Source: Picochlorum sp. SENEW3
Lineage: Eukaryota
Assembly (NCBI GenBank): GCA_034226945.1
Contig: CP120455.1
Location: forward strand, 496,001 to 560,000
Reading direction: 5' to 3'
DNA length: 64,000 bases
The translations under genes were made by a program, and so were the position numbers. The notes beneath the pieces were generated by a model. The model saw only the letters and a program-made list of their open reading frames with translations. It made no database searches and had not been told where the DNA came from. Positions 51,435-61,146 of the stretch are shown here, in pieces (position 1 is the stretch's first letter; each line of letters opens with the position of its first letter).

Positions 51435-54056
51435 ATGGATCGGCGCATAGTATTTCGAGCGTTTGTGTTGCTCTGTATTGCAACTCAGGCGCTCGGTGCT
51501 CTAATGGCGATCGATCTTGGGAGTGAAAATTTGAAGATATCGATCGTTAAACCTGGTAAAATTCCCATATCGATTGTTATTAATGAGATGAGTAAACGAA
51601 AAACTCCTGCTGCGCTGTCCATTGTGGATGGGGATAGGCTTGTGGGAGAGGAGGCTGCTGCTTTGTCTGCCAGGTATCCGGACAAGGTATTTACCGGATT
51701 CAGGGACATGCTCGGCAAGGCATTTGGCGATGAGGTTGTTGTTGAAGATTTGAAACGATTGAGGGTTCCATTTGAGCTCGAACAGGCGGCAAATCGGTCC
51801 ACGATTGCTGTCAAAACAGATCAGGGCACAAGCCTGTCTGCAGAAGAGGCTGTGGCCAGTCTGTTCGAGTATGCTGCAAAGTTAGCAAAGGAATCAGCCG
51901 ATGGTGTACCAGTGACTGATTGTGTCATTGTAGTACCAGCATACTTTACACCAGGGCAGAGGCGGGCAATCAAGGATGCAGCAAGTTTGGCAAACTTGAA
52001 CGTGTTGACATTGGTAAACTCACATGCTGCAGCTGCTCTGCAGTATGGAATTGAAAGAGATTTCACGAATAAGACAGAGCAAGTGATTTTCTATGATCTT
52101 GGAGCAAAATCAGCAGAGGTGGCGCTTGTTGAGTTCAGCTCTTTTGTGGATAAGACCAATGGTAAACCCGTGAGTCAGTTTGATGTGAAGGATGTTGCAT
52201 GGGTGAGTCACAATGTTGGTGGAGATGCGTTGGAGGTTGTCCTTGTGGATATGATGATTGGGAAATTTGAAGGTGACTCTCAGAATCTCCTGTCAAACAA
52301 GCGGGCCATAGCAAAGTTGAGAAAACAGGCGCAAAAGGCCAAAAAGGTGCTGTCTGCCAACACAGAAGTCAATGTAAGCATTGAGGATTTGGTGCCTGAT
52401 ACTGACTTTAAAGCACACATTACCCGCGAGGAATTCGAGGTGGCAGCAAGCAAGATAGTTGACCGTGCTGTGATTCCTTTGAAGGCTATATTGTCGAGAA
52501 ACAATGTTACATCCGACGATCTTTCTGCAGTGGAACTTCTTGGTGGATCATCCAGAGTGCCTCTGGTGAAGAGTCGCCTGTCCGAAGCACTGAATGGTCG
52601 CGCCCTCGATTCGTACGTTGGATGTATTTTTATGTCTACAATAAAATTCCGAATATACATAACTTCTTGTGCATCTTTGTGCAGGCATTTGGATGCAGAT
52701 GAAGCAGTTGTTCTTGGCGCTGGACTTGTCGCAGCCAACCTAAGCACCATTTTCAGATTACGCAAATTCGGCATGACGGATAAATCCATGTACGATGTGA
52801 CATTTTCTTTAAATGGAGACGAAAGTAGAGTTCTGGCACCAGTGATGAAAAAGATTCCGACGCATAGAGCCATTAAACAGGATAATGTGACAGATGATGC
52901 CTTCTCTGTATCGTTTGAATGGAACAATGAATTGGGTGCCCAGGACGGTGCCACCAGAGCACCACTTGGCAGTGTTCGCGTGTCTGGCATTTCTGATGTC
53001 GTGAAAAATCGTGGATATTCAGGGAATGTGTCTCTTCACACAAGCATCGATTCCAGCGGTATATTCCATGTTGACAAGGCAGATACATCTGTGGAGATTG
53101 AAGTCGAGCAAAAGATTCCAATCGTCTCAAACAGCACAGCAGAACTGAACACAACGAGCACAGTAAACGAAACATCTTCTTCAAACTCGACGGACGAGTC
53201 CCCCAAAGCCATCGAGCCACAATTCGAGGTGAAGATGGTCAAGAGAAAAGCCAAGGACCCCTTGCAGATGAATGTGACATTCCAGCTCAACTCCATGACC
53301 ACTGAGCACATGATTTCATCTAGAAAAGTTCTGAGGGAATTTAGAGAGCGTGATCGAGTGAAACGTGAGACTGATAAAGCAAGAAACGATCTCGAGGCGT
53401 TTATTATCGATATGAGCAGTTCTATTCAGGATGAGGATTCAAAACTGTATACATTTAGTACCGAAGAGGAGCGTCAAAAAGCATCCAAAGATTTGATGGA
53501 TGCAGAAGATTGGATATACGGTGATGAAGCTGAAATAGCAACAGCATCTACATTCAAATCCAAATTAGCTAGTATTAGGTCTACCATTGACAGCATTGAA
53601 CATCGAATTGATGAAGCTGCACGCAGAGACAAGGTCATTCAGACGGTGACATCTTTTGTGGATGATTCTGCCAAGACCATAAAATCATGGGCAAAATCCA
53701 AGCCTTGGATTACCAAAGAAGAGACAGAGGCATTGCAAAAGAATATGACAGAATTGGTCGACTGGATGAAGGAACAGCAGGCCCTCCAAGAAAAGAAACC
53801 AGTCAATGAAGACCCAATCTTCAAAGCAGACAATGTCCTCTCCCGCCTGGATCAGGCGAGAAAAGCATTCACCCGACTGAATATTAAAAGCAAACCAATC
53901 GAGAAGCCAGTCAAGTTGTCGAAGAAGGCAGAAGAGGAGACAAAGGAGAACACGACAGAAGAGCAACCTGCTGCTGACACAGAAAAGGACACAAGTGATG
54001 ATGACAACAAGGACAGTGCACAGCAGGAGGAAAAGCCAGACCATTCAGAATTGTAG
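51435..54056 (+). CDS. HYOU1: ER Hsp70-family nucleotide exchange factor HYOU1/GRP170 (HSP70-17); in-frame 72-bp intron ~52613-52684
   Basis: Signal peptide, AIDLGSE, INEMSKRKTP, VPAYF, AAALQYG, FYDLGA, LLGGSSRVP, DADEA, C-terminal HSEL retention signal. Confidence 0.93.
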   Translation: MDRRIVFRAFVLLCIATQALGALMAIDLGSENLKISIVKPGKIPISIVINEMSKRKTPAALSIVDGDRLVGEEAAALSARYPDKVFTGFRDMLGKAFGDEVVVEDLKRLRVPFELEQAANRSTIAVKTDQGTSLSAEEAVASLFEYAAKLAKESADGVPVTDCVIVVPAYFTPGQRRAIKDAASLANLNVLTLVNSHAAAALQYGIERDFTNKTEQVIFYDLGAKSAEVALVEFSSFVDKTNGKPVSQFDVKDVAWVSHNVGGDALEVVLVDMMIGKFEGDSQNLLSNKRAIAKLRKQAQKAKKVLSANTEVNVSIEDLVPDTDFKAHITREEFEVAASKIVDRAVIPLKAILSRNNVTSDDLSAVELLGGSSRVPLVKSRLSEALNGRALDSYVGCIFMSTIKFRIYITSCASLCRHLDADEAVVLGAGLVAANLSTIFRLRKFGMTDKSMYDVTFSLNGDESRVLAPVMKKIPTHRAIKQDNVTDDAFSVSFEWNNELGAQDGATRAPLGSVRVSGISDVVKNRGYSGNVSLHTSIDSSGIFHVDKADTSVEIEVEQKIPIVSNSTAELNTTSTVNETSSSNSTDESPKAIEPQFEVKMVKRKAKDPLQMNVTFQLNSMTTEHMISSRKVLREFRERDRVKRETDKARNDLEAFIIDMSSSIQDEDSKLYTFSTEEERQKASKDLMDAEDWIYGDEAEIATASTFKSKLASIRSTIDSIEHRIDEAARRDKVIQTVTSFVDDSAKTIKSWAKSKPWITKEETEALQKNMTELVDWMKEQQALQEKKPVNEDPIFKADNVLSRLDQARKAFTRLNIKSKPIEKPVKLSKKAEEETKENTTEEQPAADTEKDTSDDDNKDSAQQEEKPDHSEL

Positions 54057-54130
54057 TGGAGACGTCTATGTATATATATATATATATATATTACAATTCA
54101 ATTAGGTATACACGCATACATTTTGAAACA

Positions 54131-54559
54131 CTAGTGAGACCTCTTCTTTTTCTTTTTCTTCTTCTTCTTTTTCCCTGCTGTCCCTCCTCCTCTGCTGCCA
54201 GCAGGCTCCCCAGAAGATTGCTGTCGAGCTGCAGCCGCTGCCGCTGCCATATCAGACGGCCTCATATCCTTCCAATGTCGTCTTGATGCAGTCTTTTCAC
54301 CCACTGTGCCACCCACAAAGCGCCGAATAAACCTCTTCAAAGGTTCCAAAGGGGCAGAGTCCAACTTCTTCCCCTCTCTCAACACCCACAGTCCACACCC
54401 AATCGCCGCAGACACAACTACTATTGACTTTAAAGATGCATTTGGTTCTTTGTCATATACTGAAGACCGAATCTGACTCTTATATTTTCGTTTCAACACC
54501 TGAGGGTCCTCAACTTCCTCTAGACGACGAGCCTCGGCTTCGTCCCTCCATCCACCCAT
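54131..54559 (-). CDS. Small hypothetical single-TM protein with Lys-rich tail
   Basis: 142-aa ATG ORF, TM SIVVVSAAIGCGLWVL, poly-Lys C-terminus. Confidence 0.55.
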   Translation of the reverse strand: MGGWRDEAEARRLEEVEDPQVLKRKYKSQIRSSVYDKEPNASLKSIVVVSAAIGCGLWVLREGKKLDSAPLEPLKRFIRRFVGGTVGEKTASRRHWKDMRPSDMAAAAAAARQQSSGEPAGSRGGGTAGKKKKKKKKKKRSH

Positions 54560-54992
54560 CGATCAATCGATTGCTTCCTATCTATAGTTATATTACATCT
54601 ATGTAACGAGTCAATCAATCAACAGAGAATGATTTGACGAGGACTTGAGGCAATCAAGTCCGAGTCGAATACTGATACCCCATCGATACAACGCATTGAC
54701 CGGACACGAATCCTCCTGCAAGAAGTCTGTGTGATTTCTAGAGATCTGGAGAGATCTCTCTCTATATGGCACTTTAAAAAAACTGTACCTGCATGCTGCA
54801 ACGACACTCTGTCTTTTTCTCCGAAAACCACGCCATGCTATATAAGCAAGAAATCTTGTTAAAAAACCGTACATAGTGAAAGCAATCTAGATGGTATGGC
54901 AGAATTACGAGGGAGCAGCATCCTTGTTCTAGCTACAAGAAGAAGAACTTGATGATGTAGAATACCTGGTGTGACATATACACCCATAGACA

Positions 54993-55688
54993 ATGGATGA
55001 TACGAAACTATTCAGCTATCACGACCTTGTCATTCGAGCGTGCGATGTAGAATGCCTGCAACCAGGGCAATGGCTGAATGATCAGTGCATAGAACTCTAC
55101 CTCTTGTATTTGCAACATGAGGTGCATGCCCCTCCAGATATCCTCTTCGTGCCTCCTTCGACGACATTTCTCGTACTTCATGGAGGACAAGAAGTGGCCG
55201 CAAGCATCATGGACTCGATGGATGTATCCTCCAGATCAACCATATTTTTTGCCATAAACAACAGTACCAACATGGAGGTTGCCATGGAGGGCACCCATTG
55301 GTCAGCCATGGTCGTCGATCGCCGTACCCAAACCTGTACGCACTATGACAGTATTCCAGGAATGAATGCTCGTATAGCGATGCGCTTGAAAGATATTATT
55401 GCGCACGTCATGGGCATGCGCATCAGCTCTGTGAACGAGTGTACTGCACAACAAGGCAACTCGTATGATTGTGGATTATTCTGTTTAGCAACTGCTGCAA
55501 GGCTCGTATCAGAGAACATGCCATCATCCTTGGTAGGAGCCAATCAGGACGACGCAGATACCAGTGCGCTGCTCTTGCAGCATTCGGCAGTCACCAGTAG
55601 GTTTCAAGATTTGAACAGTCGCATGATGCTCGACTTTCGGCAGAAACTGGCAGATTGGGTCCATTCCCACATCCCTCCTACTCATTAA
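54993..55688 (+). CDS. SENP8: NEDD8-specific protease SENP8/DEN1 (Ulp1 peptidase C48)
   Basis: LFSYHD, WLNDQCIE, AINN, GTHWS, HYDS, QQGNSYDCGLFC catalytic His-Asp-Cys. Confidence 0.9.
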   Translation: MDDTKLFSYHDLVIRACDVECLQPGQWLNDQCIELYLLYLQHEVHAPPDILFVPPSTTFLVLHGGQEVAASIMDSMDVSSRSTIFFAINNSTNMEVAMEGTHWSAMVVDRRTQTCTHYDSIPGMNARIAMRLKDIIAHVMGMRISSVNECTAQQGNSYDCGLFCLATAARLVSENMPSSLVGANQDDADTSALLLQHSAVTSRFQDLNSRMMLDFRQKLADWVHSHIPPTH

Positions 55689-55767
55689 AAAATGATGTAA
55701 AAATAATTTCATGTGCATGCATTGAATATTTGATTCTTTTGTGGTAGAATAGACATCCAGTCGGTCG

Positions 55768-57732
55768 ATGCAAGCGGTCATACATCTTTTCCAAGGGCCT
55801 GCGTCCATATTTGGAACAGCGCTGTTAGGATTATGTGTATTATGTGCTTTATTGATGAATGAATTGACAAAAAAGAAGAAAGGAACGGTGTCAGTGGCTC
55901 TTCAAGCCAAGGAGGTTGAGGCACAGGAAGAAGAAGAAGACGGAAGGGATCAGTGTACGCTCGTGTTTGGAACGCAGACTGGTACGGCTGAGAAATTTGC
56001 AAAGACTCTTAAATCTCAATTAGAGAGTGCGTATGGGTCGACGACGGCGTTTCATGTGGTTGATGCGGAGCAGTATAAAGCTCAGGAGAGGCTGAGTAAG
56101 GAGACGCTGGTGATTTTTCTGGTAGCGACGTATGGCGATGGGGAGCCGACGGATAATGCTGTGGAGTTACATGATTACCTGGTGGAAGAGTCTGGTAAGG
56201 TGGATTATGCAGAGCTTCCGTTGGATGGTGTGTCTTTTGCTGTGTTTGCCTTGGGAAACAGGCAGTATGAGCATTTTTGTTCCATGGGAAAGACTGTGCA
56301 CAAGTGCATGACAGAGTTGGGGGCGACACCATTGTTAGCCATGGGAACTGGAGATGATGATGATGATATTGATAGAGATTTTGATGAGTGGTCTGCCAAG
56401 TTTTTTGAGGCATTGAAGGATTCAGAGTTGTTTGAGGCAGGGGTGACGGCACAGGTGACAACAGAGTCGGTTCCTGCGTATTCTATACAGAAGATTATGG
56501 ATGCGCCGGCGTCTTCTGTGAATAAAATTATAAATGGACGGGGAGATAATGTGCATTCGCCGTATTTGGCAGAGGTGACGTGTGTCAAAGAGTTGCATGG
56601 TGATGCATCAGATAGGTCTTGTGTACACGTGGAGGTTGATATATCTGGATCACAAACTGGATATGAGGCTGGCGATCATATTGGCGTGTATCCTGAAAAT
56701 TCAAAAGATGTTGTGAAGAAAGCTGCCGAGTTGTTGGGGAAGCCTCTCGATTTCTGTTTCAGTATGACCAAGGATGATAGATTTGAGGATTTGGGAGAGG
56801 TCTTCCTTCCAGGTGCCATGACCTTAGAGTTTGCATTGACTCATTTTGCCGATCTCTTGTCGTCTCCGAGTAAAGCTGCTTTAAAGATGTTGTCTGCGTT
56901 TGCGACGGATGCAAAGGAGCGGGAGCGGCTGGTGACGCTCTGTAGTGTGGATGGCGTGGCAGAATATGATGCATATGTGCATGTGCCAAAGAGGAGCCTT
57001 TTGGAGGTGTTGGAGGACTTTCCTTCCGCGAAGCCGACGATTGGTGCCTTCTTTGGCTCAATATCTCCTCGATTGCAGCCCAGGTATTACTCGATATCGT
57101 CTTCGCCAAAAGTGCATCCAACGTCAGTGCACATTACATGTGCTGTAGTTAGGGACCTCATGCCTACTGGAAGGGTTCACAATGGTGTCGCATCGACGTG
57201 GCTTGCACGTGTACGGGTGGGACAGAAGATTCCAGTGTTTTTGAGGAGTTCTTCCTTCAAATTACCTCAGAATAGGAATGCGCCCGTGATCATGGTTGGT
57301 CCGGGGACAGGTTTTGCTCCATTTAGAGGATTTATTCAGGATAGACGAGCAGATTCTACCTCAGCAGAGATGTTGTTGTACTTTGGGTGTCGGCATAGAG
57401 ACCATGATTTCATCTATGAAGAAGAGATGAAATCAGCTGTAGAAGATGGGACACTATCAAAGCTGGAATTAGCATTTAGTAGGGAGGGAAAAGCCAAGAA
57501 TTATGTGCAGCACCATATTGAAAAGGATGGAAGTCATCTGTGGTCACTGTTGAGCAATAAAAAGAACCCTGGGTACTTGTATATTTGCGGTGATGGAAAG
57601 CATATGGCAAAGGATGTGAATCGTGTGCTTCATCATATTGTGGAGAAGGAAGAAGGGTGCTCTGGAAATCAGGCGGAGGCGATTGTGAAAAAGATGGCCG
57701 ATCAGGGTCGGTATCTCAAGGACGTCTGGTGA
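55768..57732 (+). CDS. CPR: NADPH-cytochrome P450 reductase
   Basis: N-terminal TM, FGTQTGTAE, ATYGDGEPTDNA, LGNRQYEHF, LQPRYYSISSSP, GPGTGFAPFRGF, YFGCR, YICGD, RYLKDVW. Confidence 0.97.
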   Translation: MQAVIHLFQGPASIFGTALLGLCVLCALLMNELTKKKKGTVSVALQAKEVEAQEEEEDGRDQCTLVFGTQTGTAEKFAKTLKSQLESAYGSTTAFHVVDAEQYKAQERLSKETLVIFLVATYGDGEPTDNAVELHDYLVEESGKVDYAELPLDGVSFAVFALGNRQYEHFCSMGKTVHKCMTELGATPLLAMGTGDDDDDIDRDFDEWSAKFFEALKDSELFEAGVTAQVTTESVPAYSIQKIMDAPASSVNKIINGRGDNVHSPYLAEVTCVKELHGDASDRSCVHVEVDISGSQTGYEAGDHIGVYPENSKDVVKKAAELLGKPLDFCFSMTKDDRFEDLGEVFLPGAMTLEFALTHFADLLSSPSKAALKMLSAFATDAKERERLVTLCSVDGVAEYDAYVHVPKRSLLEVLEDFPSAKPTIGAFFGSISPRLQPRYYSISSSPKVHPTSVHITCAVVRDLMPTGRVHNGVASTWLARVRVGQKIPVFLRSSSFKLPQNRNAPVIMVGPGTGFAPFRGFIQDRRADSTSAEMLLYFGCRHRDHDFIYEEEMKSAVEDGTLSKLELAFSREGKAKNYVQHHIEKDGSHLWSLLSNKKNPGYLYICGDGKHMAKDVNRVLHHIVEKEEGCSGNQAEAIVKKMADQGRYLKDVW

Positions 57733-57852
57733 AGAGGCATTGTTGGAGCGTGTGTCATTGATTTTTTTAATTCATTTGATTTTATTTCGTACCCTTCTTC
57801 GAGTAAAAAGGTAGATACTGAAGTAGAATATAAAATTCCAGTAGGACTATTA

Positions 57853-58456
57853 TTATTCTTCCTCGTCGTCGCTATCATCCTGCGGCACACACTCTACACT
57901 AACATCCCACCTGCTGCCAGGAGCGCTAGAGGCCACATATTTGACAAATCTCATGAGTCCTTCATCACGCAAAACAATGCTGATGGCGTTAAAGGCTGCA
58001 GAGATATTCAGAACGCCAGACTCGTCATCCTGTGCTTGTCGATACACTTCTGCTGGGCCATCCTCTTCTTCATCTGCAAGCAGATATGCTTCAAACCCGC
58101 CGCACTCTCCATCAGCCCAGGACGATTCGTCCATGGATGCTTCATCAACAAAGGTCAACACAACATCGAGACGAGGATCTTTGGTCAAGATACCATAATG
58201 CGCGACTGTATAATCTAATCCTGGTCGAAATCGTCGTATTTCTCTACGGTTCACCCCATCCATGGTCAATGTAGTGAAGCTGCGGATCAGGTTGGCAAAC
58301 GGAACACTACATATAACCTTATCACAGAGCTCTCTCATTGTACTTCCTAACCGCCTATGCGTGGATTCCTGTGTTGATGAATCCCCAGTGAACTCTAGGT
58401 AACGTTGAGGTATGGAAGAGACGCTAAATAAGGCCCCAATCCCAACCCCTTCGTAC
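57853..58456 (-). CDS. OGFOD1: C-terminal (Ofd1_CTDD-like) part of prolyl 3-hydroxylase OGFOD1/Tpa1; catalytic N-terminal domain not found in window (truncated or distant exon)
   Basis: QRYL, EIRRFRPGLDYTVA, GGFEAYL, AEVY, NAISIVLRDEGLMRFVKYVASSAPGSRWD; frame open up to a possible acceptor ttttcacag at 58457. Confidence 0.75.
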
Positions 58457-58518
58457 CTGTGAAAATAACTTATATTGTCGCTTTAAATATTGGTTTGAGT
58501 TGAAGAGTTTTAAAATTA

Positions 58519-58661
58519 ATGCAAAGCGCAGTGAGAGGGTCGGCCCTTATCAGATGTTCTGGTTTGAAAAGCCTCCCTGCAGGGACCAGCTGGTGGCCCT
58601 CCGGCGCACAGAGAGGCATCGTATTCCTTATCGTAGTACTTCAGGGTGTGATAGGTATATT

Positions 58662-58701
<40 letters not shown>

Positions 58702-59058
58702 AATACATCGTTGGCTGCAATGAGTCTCATATCTCGAGCCTATCTAAGGTCTTGGAAATTTCGTCGTCAAACCAGCATTCACAGTCTAGACAATTTAATT
58801 CATCCCATTCGGAATAAAAAGTTCTCATGGAAGGAGATATTCGATAATTTAACGAGCACAGGTCACAAGTATTGCACCCTTTACCGAGACAATTGGTCAT
58901 GCTCAGGAACTGACTACATGAAGGTGTTAAACGCAACAAAGAAATACAACAGTCAAAAAAGAGTACAGCATCTACCAAGAAATTCCTATATTTTTGCTGA
59001 GGGAAATTCGTTACTGGCCCAACTGATCTTCACATTGATCTGTGAGAGCAGAGGCTGA
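58519..59058 (+). pseudogene. Probable gene fragment: type II membrane anchor + GDS/GNS (SGNH/PC-esterase-like) motif, ending just after the motif
   Basis: TM GIVFLIVVLQGVIGIFIY; YIFAEGNSLLAQLIFTLICE then stop; contains a microsatellite. Confidence 0.35.
58655..58700. repeat. Compound (TA)n(GA)n microsatellite
   Basis: tatatttatatatatatatatatatatagagagagagagagagag. Confidence 0.9.
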
Positions 59059-59715
59059 TGGACAGGTCTGTGGAGATGAGTGTGAGCCAGCATGGTTGAC
59101 TTTTCTGCTCTGGGTGATGTATCAGCTGAGGTGTTGAGCATGCATTGTTGTTAGCATGGATTTTTCTCGTGATTATGAAGCGTAGCGTTGCATTCAAGAA
59201 AGAAGAATTCTAAATAAAGAGACGCTCATGTGGCGTACATCATTGTTCTATGGCGTTGCACATGCATTGGCACATGCATGTTGTTGCATCTATAGCGGTC
59301 TCCTGTTTGACCGCTACGGTATGGTTGCCAACTATGAGTGATCTCTCATTACTTTACCCGATGTTTATACCTGGAATGTAAATATGAGTAGCGTCAAAGC
59401 TCGATAATGTACCCCATGTTTCCTCTCTTCTCTGTTGTGCTGGGGAAACGTGTCAATCAGAGCAAGGCATCTGCAAACTTTCTAATAATTCTTCTAGCCT
59501 CGCTTATGGCATATTTGTCAGCACAGATTAATTTTATGTATTTAGGAAGACTGAAACAATAAATAGAACATACCTTTTGACGACGAATGTGGCATGTTGG
59601 TTCTGAGGAACTGTGGTCAAAGTTGAGTGAAAATTTTGGAAACTTTTGAGCGAGACTGACCGCATTGAATTGAAAATATATAATAGCGCTGTTTTCTTCT
59701 TGGAGAATAGTACAT

Positions 59716-60918
59716 TTATTGGCCTCTTGATGAGCATGCGTCCTGAATGATGGCCAGGCCCTGTTCTGCAGGTTCTTGCAGGTCTGGATTACTGCAGTAG
59801 AGAGTCCATGCAGGAGATTCATTCCCATGAGATTCGCCGCAATGTGTCATAATAATGACGTTGGAGTGACAGAGATCAGTTTGCTGCATGGCTGATGCAA
59901 TCCTCTCCTCAGGAGTGCTGGCCTGGGTACCGTCCTCAACAGAACAACAAGGTGATACAGCGTTGTAGTGACACAGCATGGTCGACACTGAATGTCGTTG
60001 GGCGTCTGCTACTTGCTTCATGGTATGATAGGATGCGTTTGACGACATGACAAGGGTAGAGTGAGCTTTGCGGAGACCTTGGATTGGACGTGGCCATGGT
60101 GTGTTGTCCTGTGGTGATGCCATGGCTTGACTCAGCAGTTTGGACAAGTTCACCTTGGATATGTGCTTGTCTGGGCTGTATGATCGATGGAGTGGATTTT
60201 GAGATGACTTATAGGTGTATGGAACGACCACGGATCGAGGGAATTGGCGTATGGAGTGCAACAGCACAGAGTGGAGCTCATCAGTAACGGGAATGTGAGC
60301 TCCACCCTTCCTGTGTGACACCTTATCGTGCTGGATCAGAATGAGAGCCTTGTCCGATGAGAGCACAAGATGGTTCTGACCTGGAGATTCCTTGTCAACA
60401 CTATCAATGATGGACATTGTGGCCCAATCACCTCGTAGCGGTGGCTGCATGGTGTACAAACACAGGGCGAACCATTGCCAGTACTCGGTGGTGTTTGCTG
60501 GGTCGCTGTCGATCCTGCGTTTGATGGCATCCCTGCGACAGCATATCTCTTGGAATGTTTTGAAGGCTTTGCCTTGGATGTTGTGGGCTGTTTCCTGGGT
60601 GGCTTGGATGCGTAACTCGTTGGCTTCCTGTCTCCACTTGTCTGTGGTGGGGTGATGGAGTCCAAGCTCCTTTCTCAGGACGGAAACCACGGGAAGCATC
60701 ATGGACGACAAGACAGATATATTGGTATACGTTTGTTTCATGTAGCGGTATATATCTTCGACCTTGGGTATGAGCCACAAGGAGTATTGTTGGACCTTGG
60801 CAGCATTAATCTTGGACCGTTTCTTGAGGGCATGCATGACTCTGTAGAGCGTTTCCAATTTGGTTCTGTACGATCGCACATCCCAAGGATTGTCGACATA
60901 AAGTTGTGTTGTTCTCAT
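59716..60918 (-). CDS. Tyrosine recombinase/integrase, intronless, resembling virophage/Polinton-like-virus-type YR
   Basis: Catalytic residues in correct order and spacing: LCLYTMQPPL-R162-GDW, HD-K199-VSHRKG, Q280-GL-R283-KAHST, VADAQR-H309-S, MLCH-Y318; ~140-aa helical N-terminal core-binding region. Confidence 0.85.
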   Translation of the reverse strand: MRTTQLYVDNPWDVRSYRTKLETLYRVMHALKKRSKINAAKVQQYSLWLIPKVEDIYRYMKQTYTNISVLSSMMLPVVSVLRKELGLHHPTTDKWRQEANELRIQATQETAHNIQGKAFKTFQEICCRRDAIKRRIDSDPANTTEYWQWFALCLYTMQPPLRGDWATMSIIDSVDKESPGQNHLVLSSDKALILIQHDKVSHRKGGAHIPVTDELHSVLLHSIRQFPRSVVVPYTYKSSQNPLHRSYSPDKHISKVNLSKLLSQAMASPQDNTPWPRPIQGLRKAHSTLVMSSNASYHTMKQVADAQRHSVSTMLCHYNAVSPCCSVEDGTQASTPEERIASAMQQTDLCHSNVIIMTHCGESHGNESPAWTLYCSNPDLQEPAEQGLAIIQDACSSRGQ

Positions 60919-61036
60919 ACATAGGGGAAGAGATAAAAATTTTGGAAATTTTACGCACGGGATAACTCAATTGACGGTTCATGTTTGGCCAGGCTTCCTT
61001 GGTTGCAGTTGGGAGGAATACCGTTGTATTTGTCAA

Positions 61037-61066
61037 AGTAACGTTAGAGAGGCCACTAACGTTACT
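61037..61066. repeat. Perfect 11-bp inverted repeat with 8-bp asymmetric spacer (loxP/dif-like geometry), candidate recombination site
   Basis: AGTAACGTTAG-AGAGGCCA-CTAACGTTACT, ~120 bp upstream of the YR start codon. Confidence 0.7.
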
Positions 61067-61146
61067 ATGTCGACCTTGAGTGGTGACTATCAGTTATCCA
61101 GTGAAGAGGCATGGAAGTATGTTGTCCAAAAAGTCTCAAGTACTAT

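Noticed and set aside
54069..54091. (TA)n tract between convergent genes
   Set aside because: Ordinary 3'-UTR microsatellite.
58398..58407. GTAACGTT matching the att-like arm near the OGFOD1 break
   Set aside because: It lies in the conserved QRY codons of the host gene, has no partner arm, and an 8-bp match is expected by chance.
59457..59828. 123-aa ORF overlapping the YR 3' end
   Set aside because: No recognisable domain; may be a spliced extension or a fragment, but cannot be supported as a gene.
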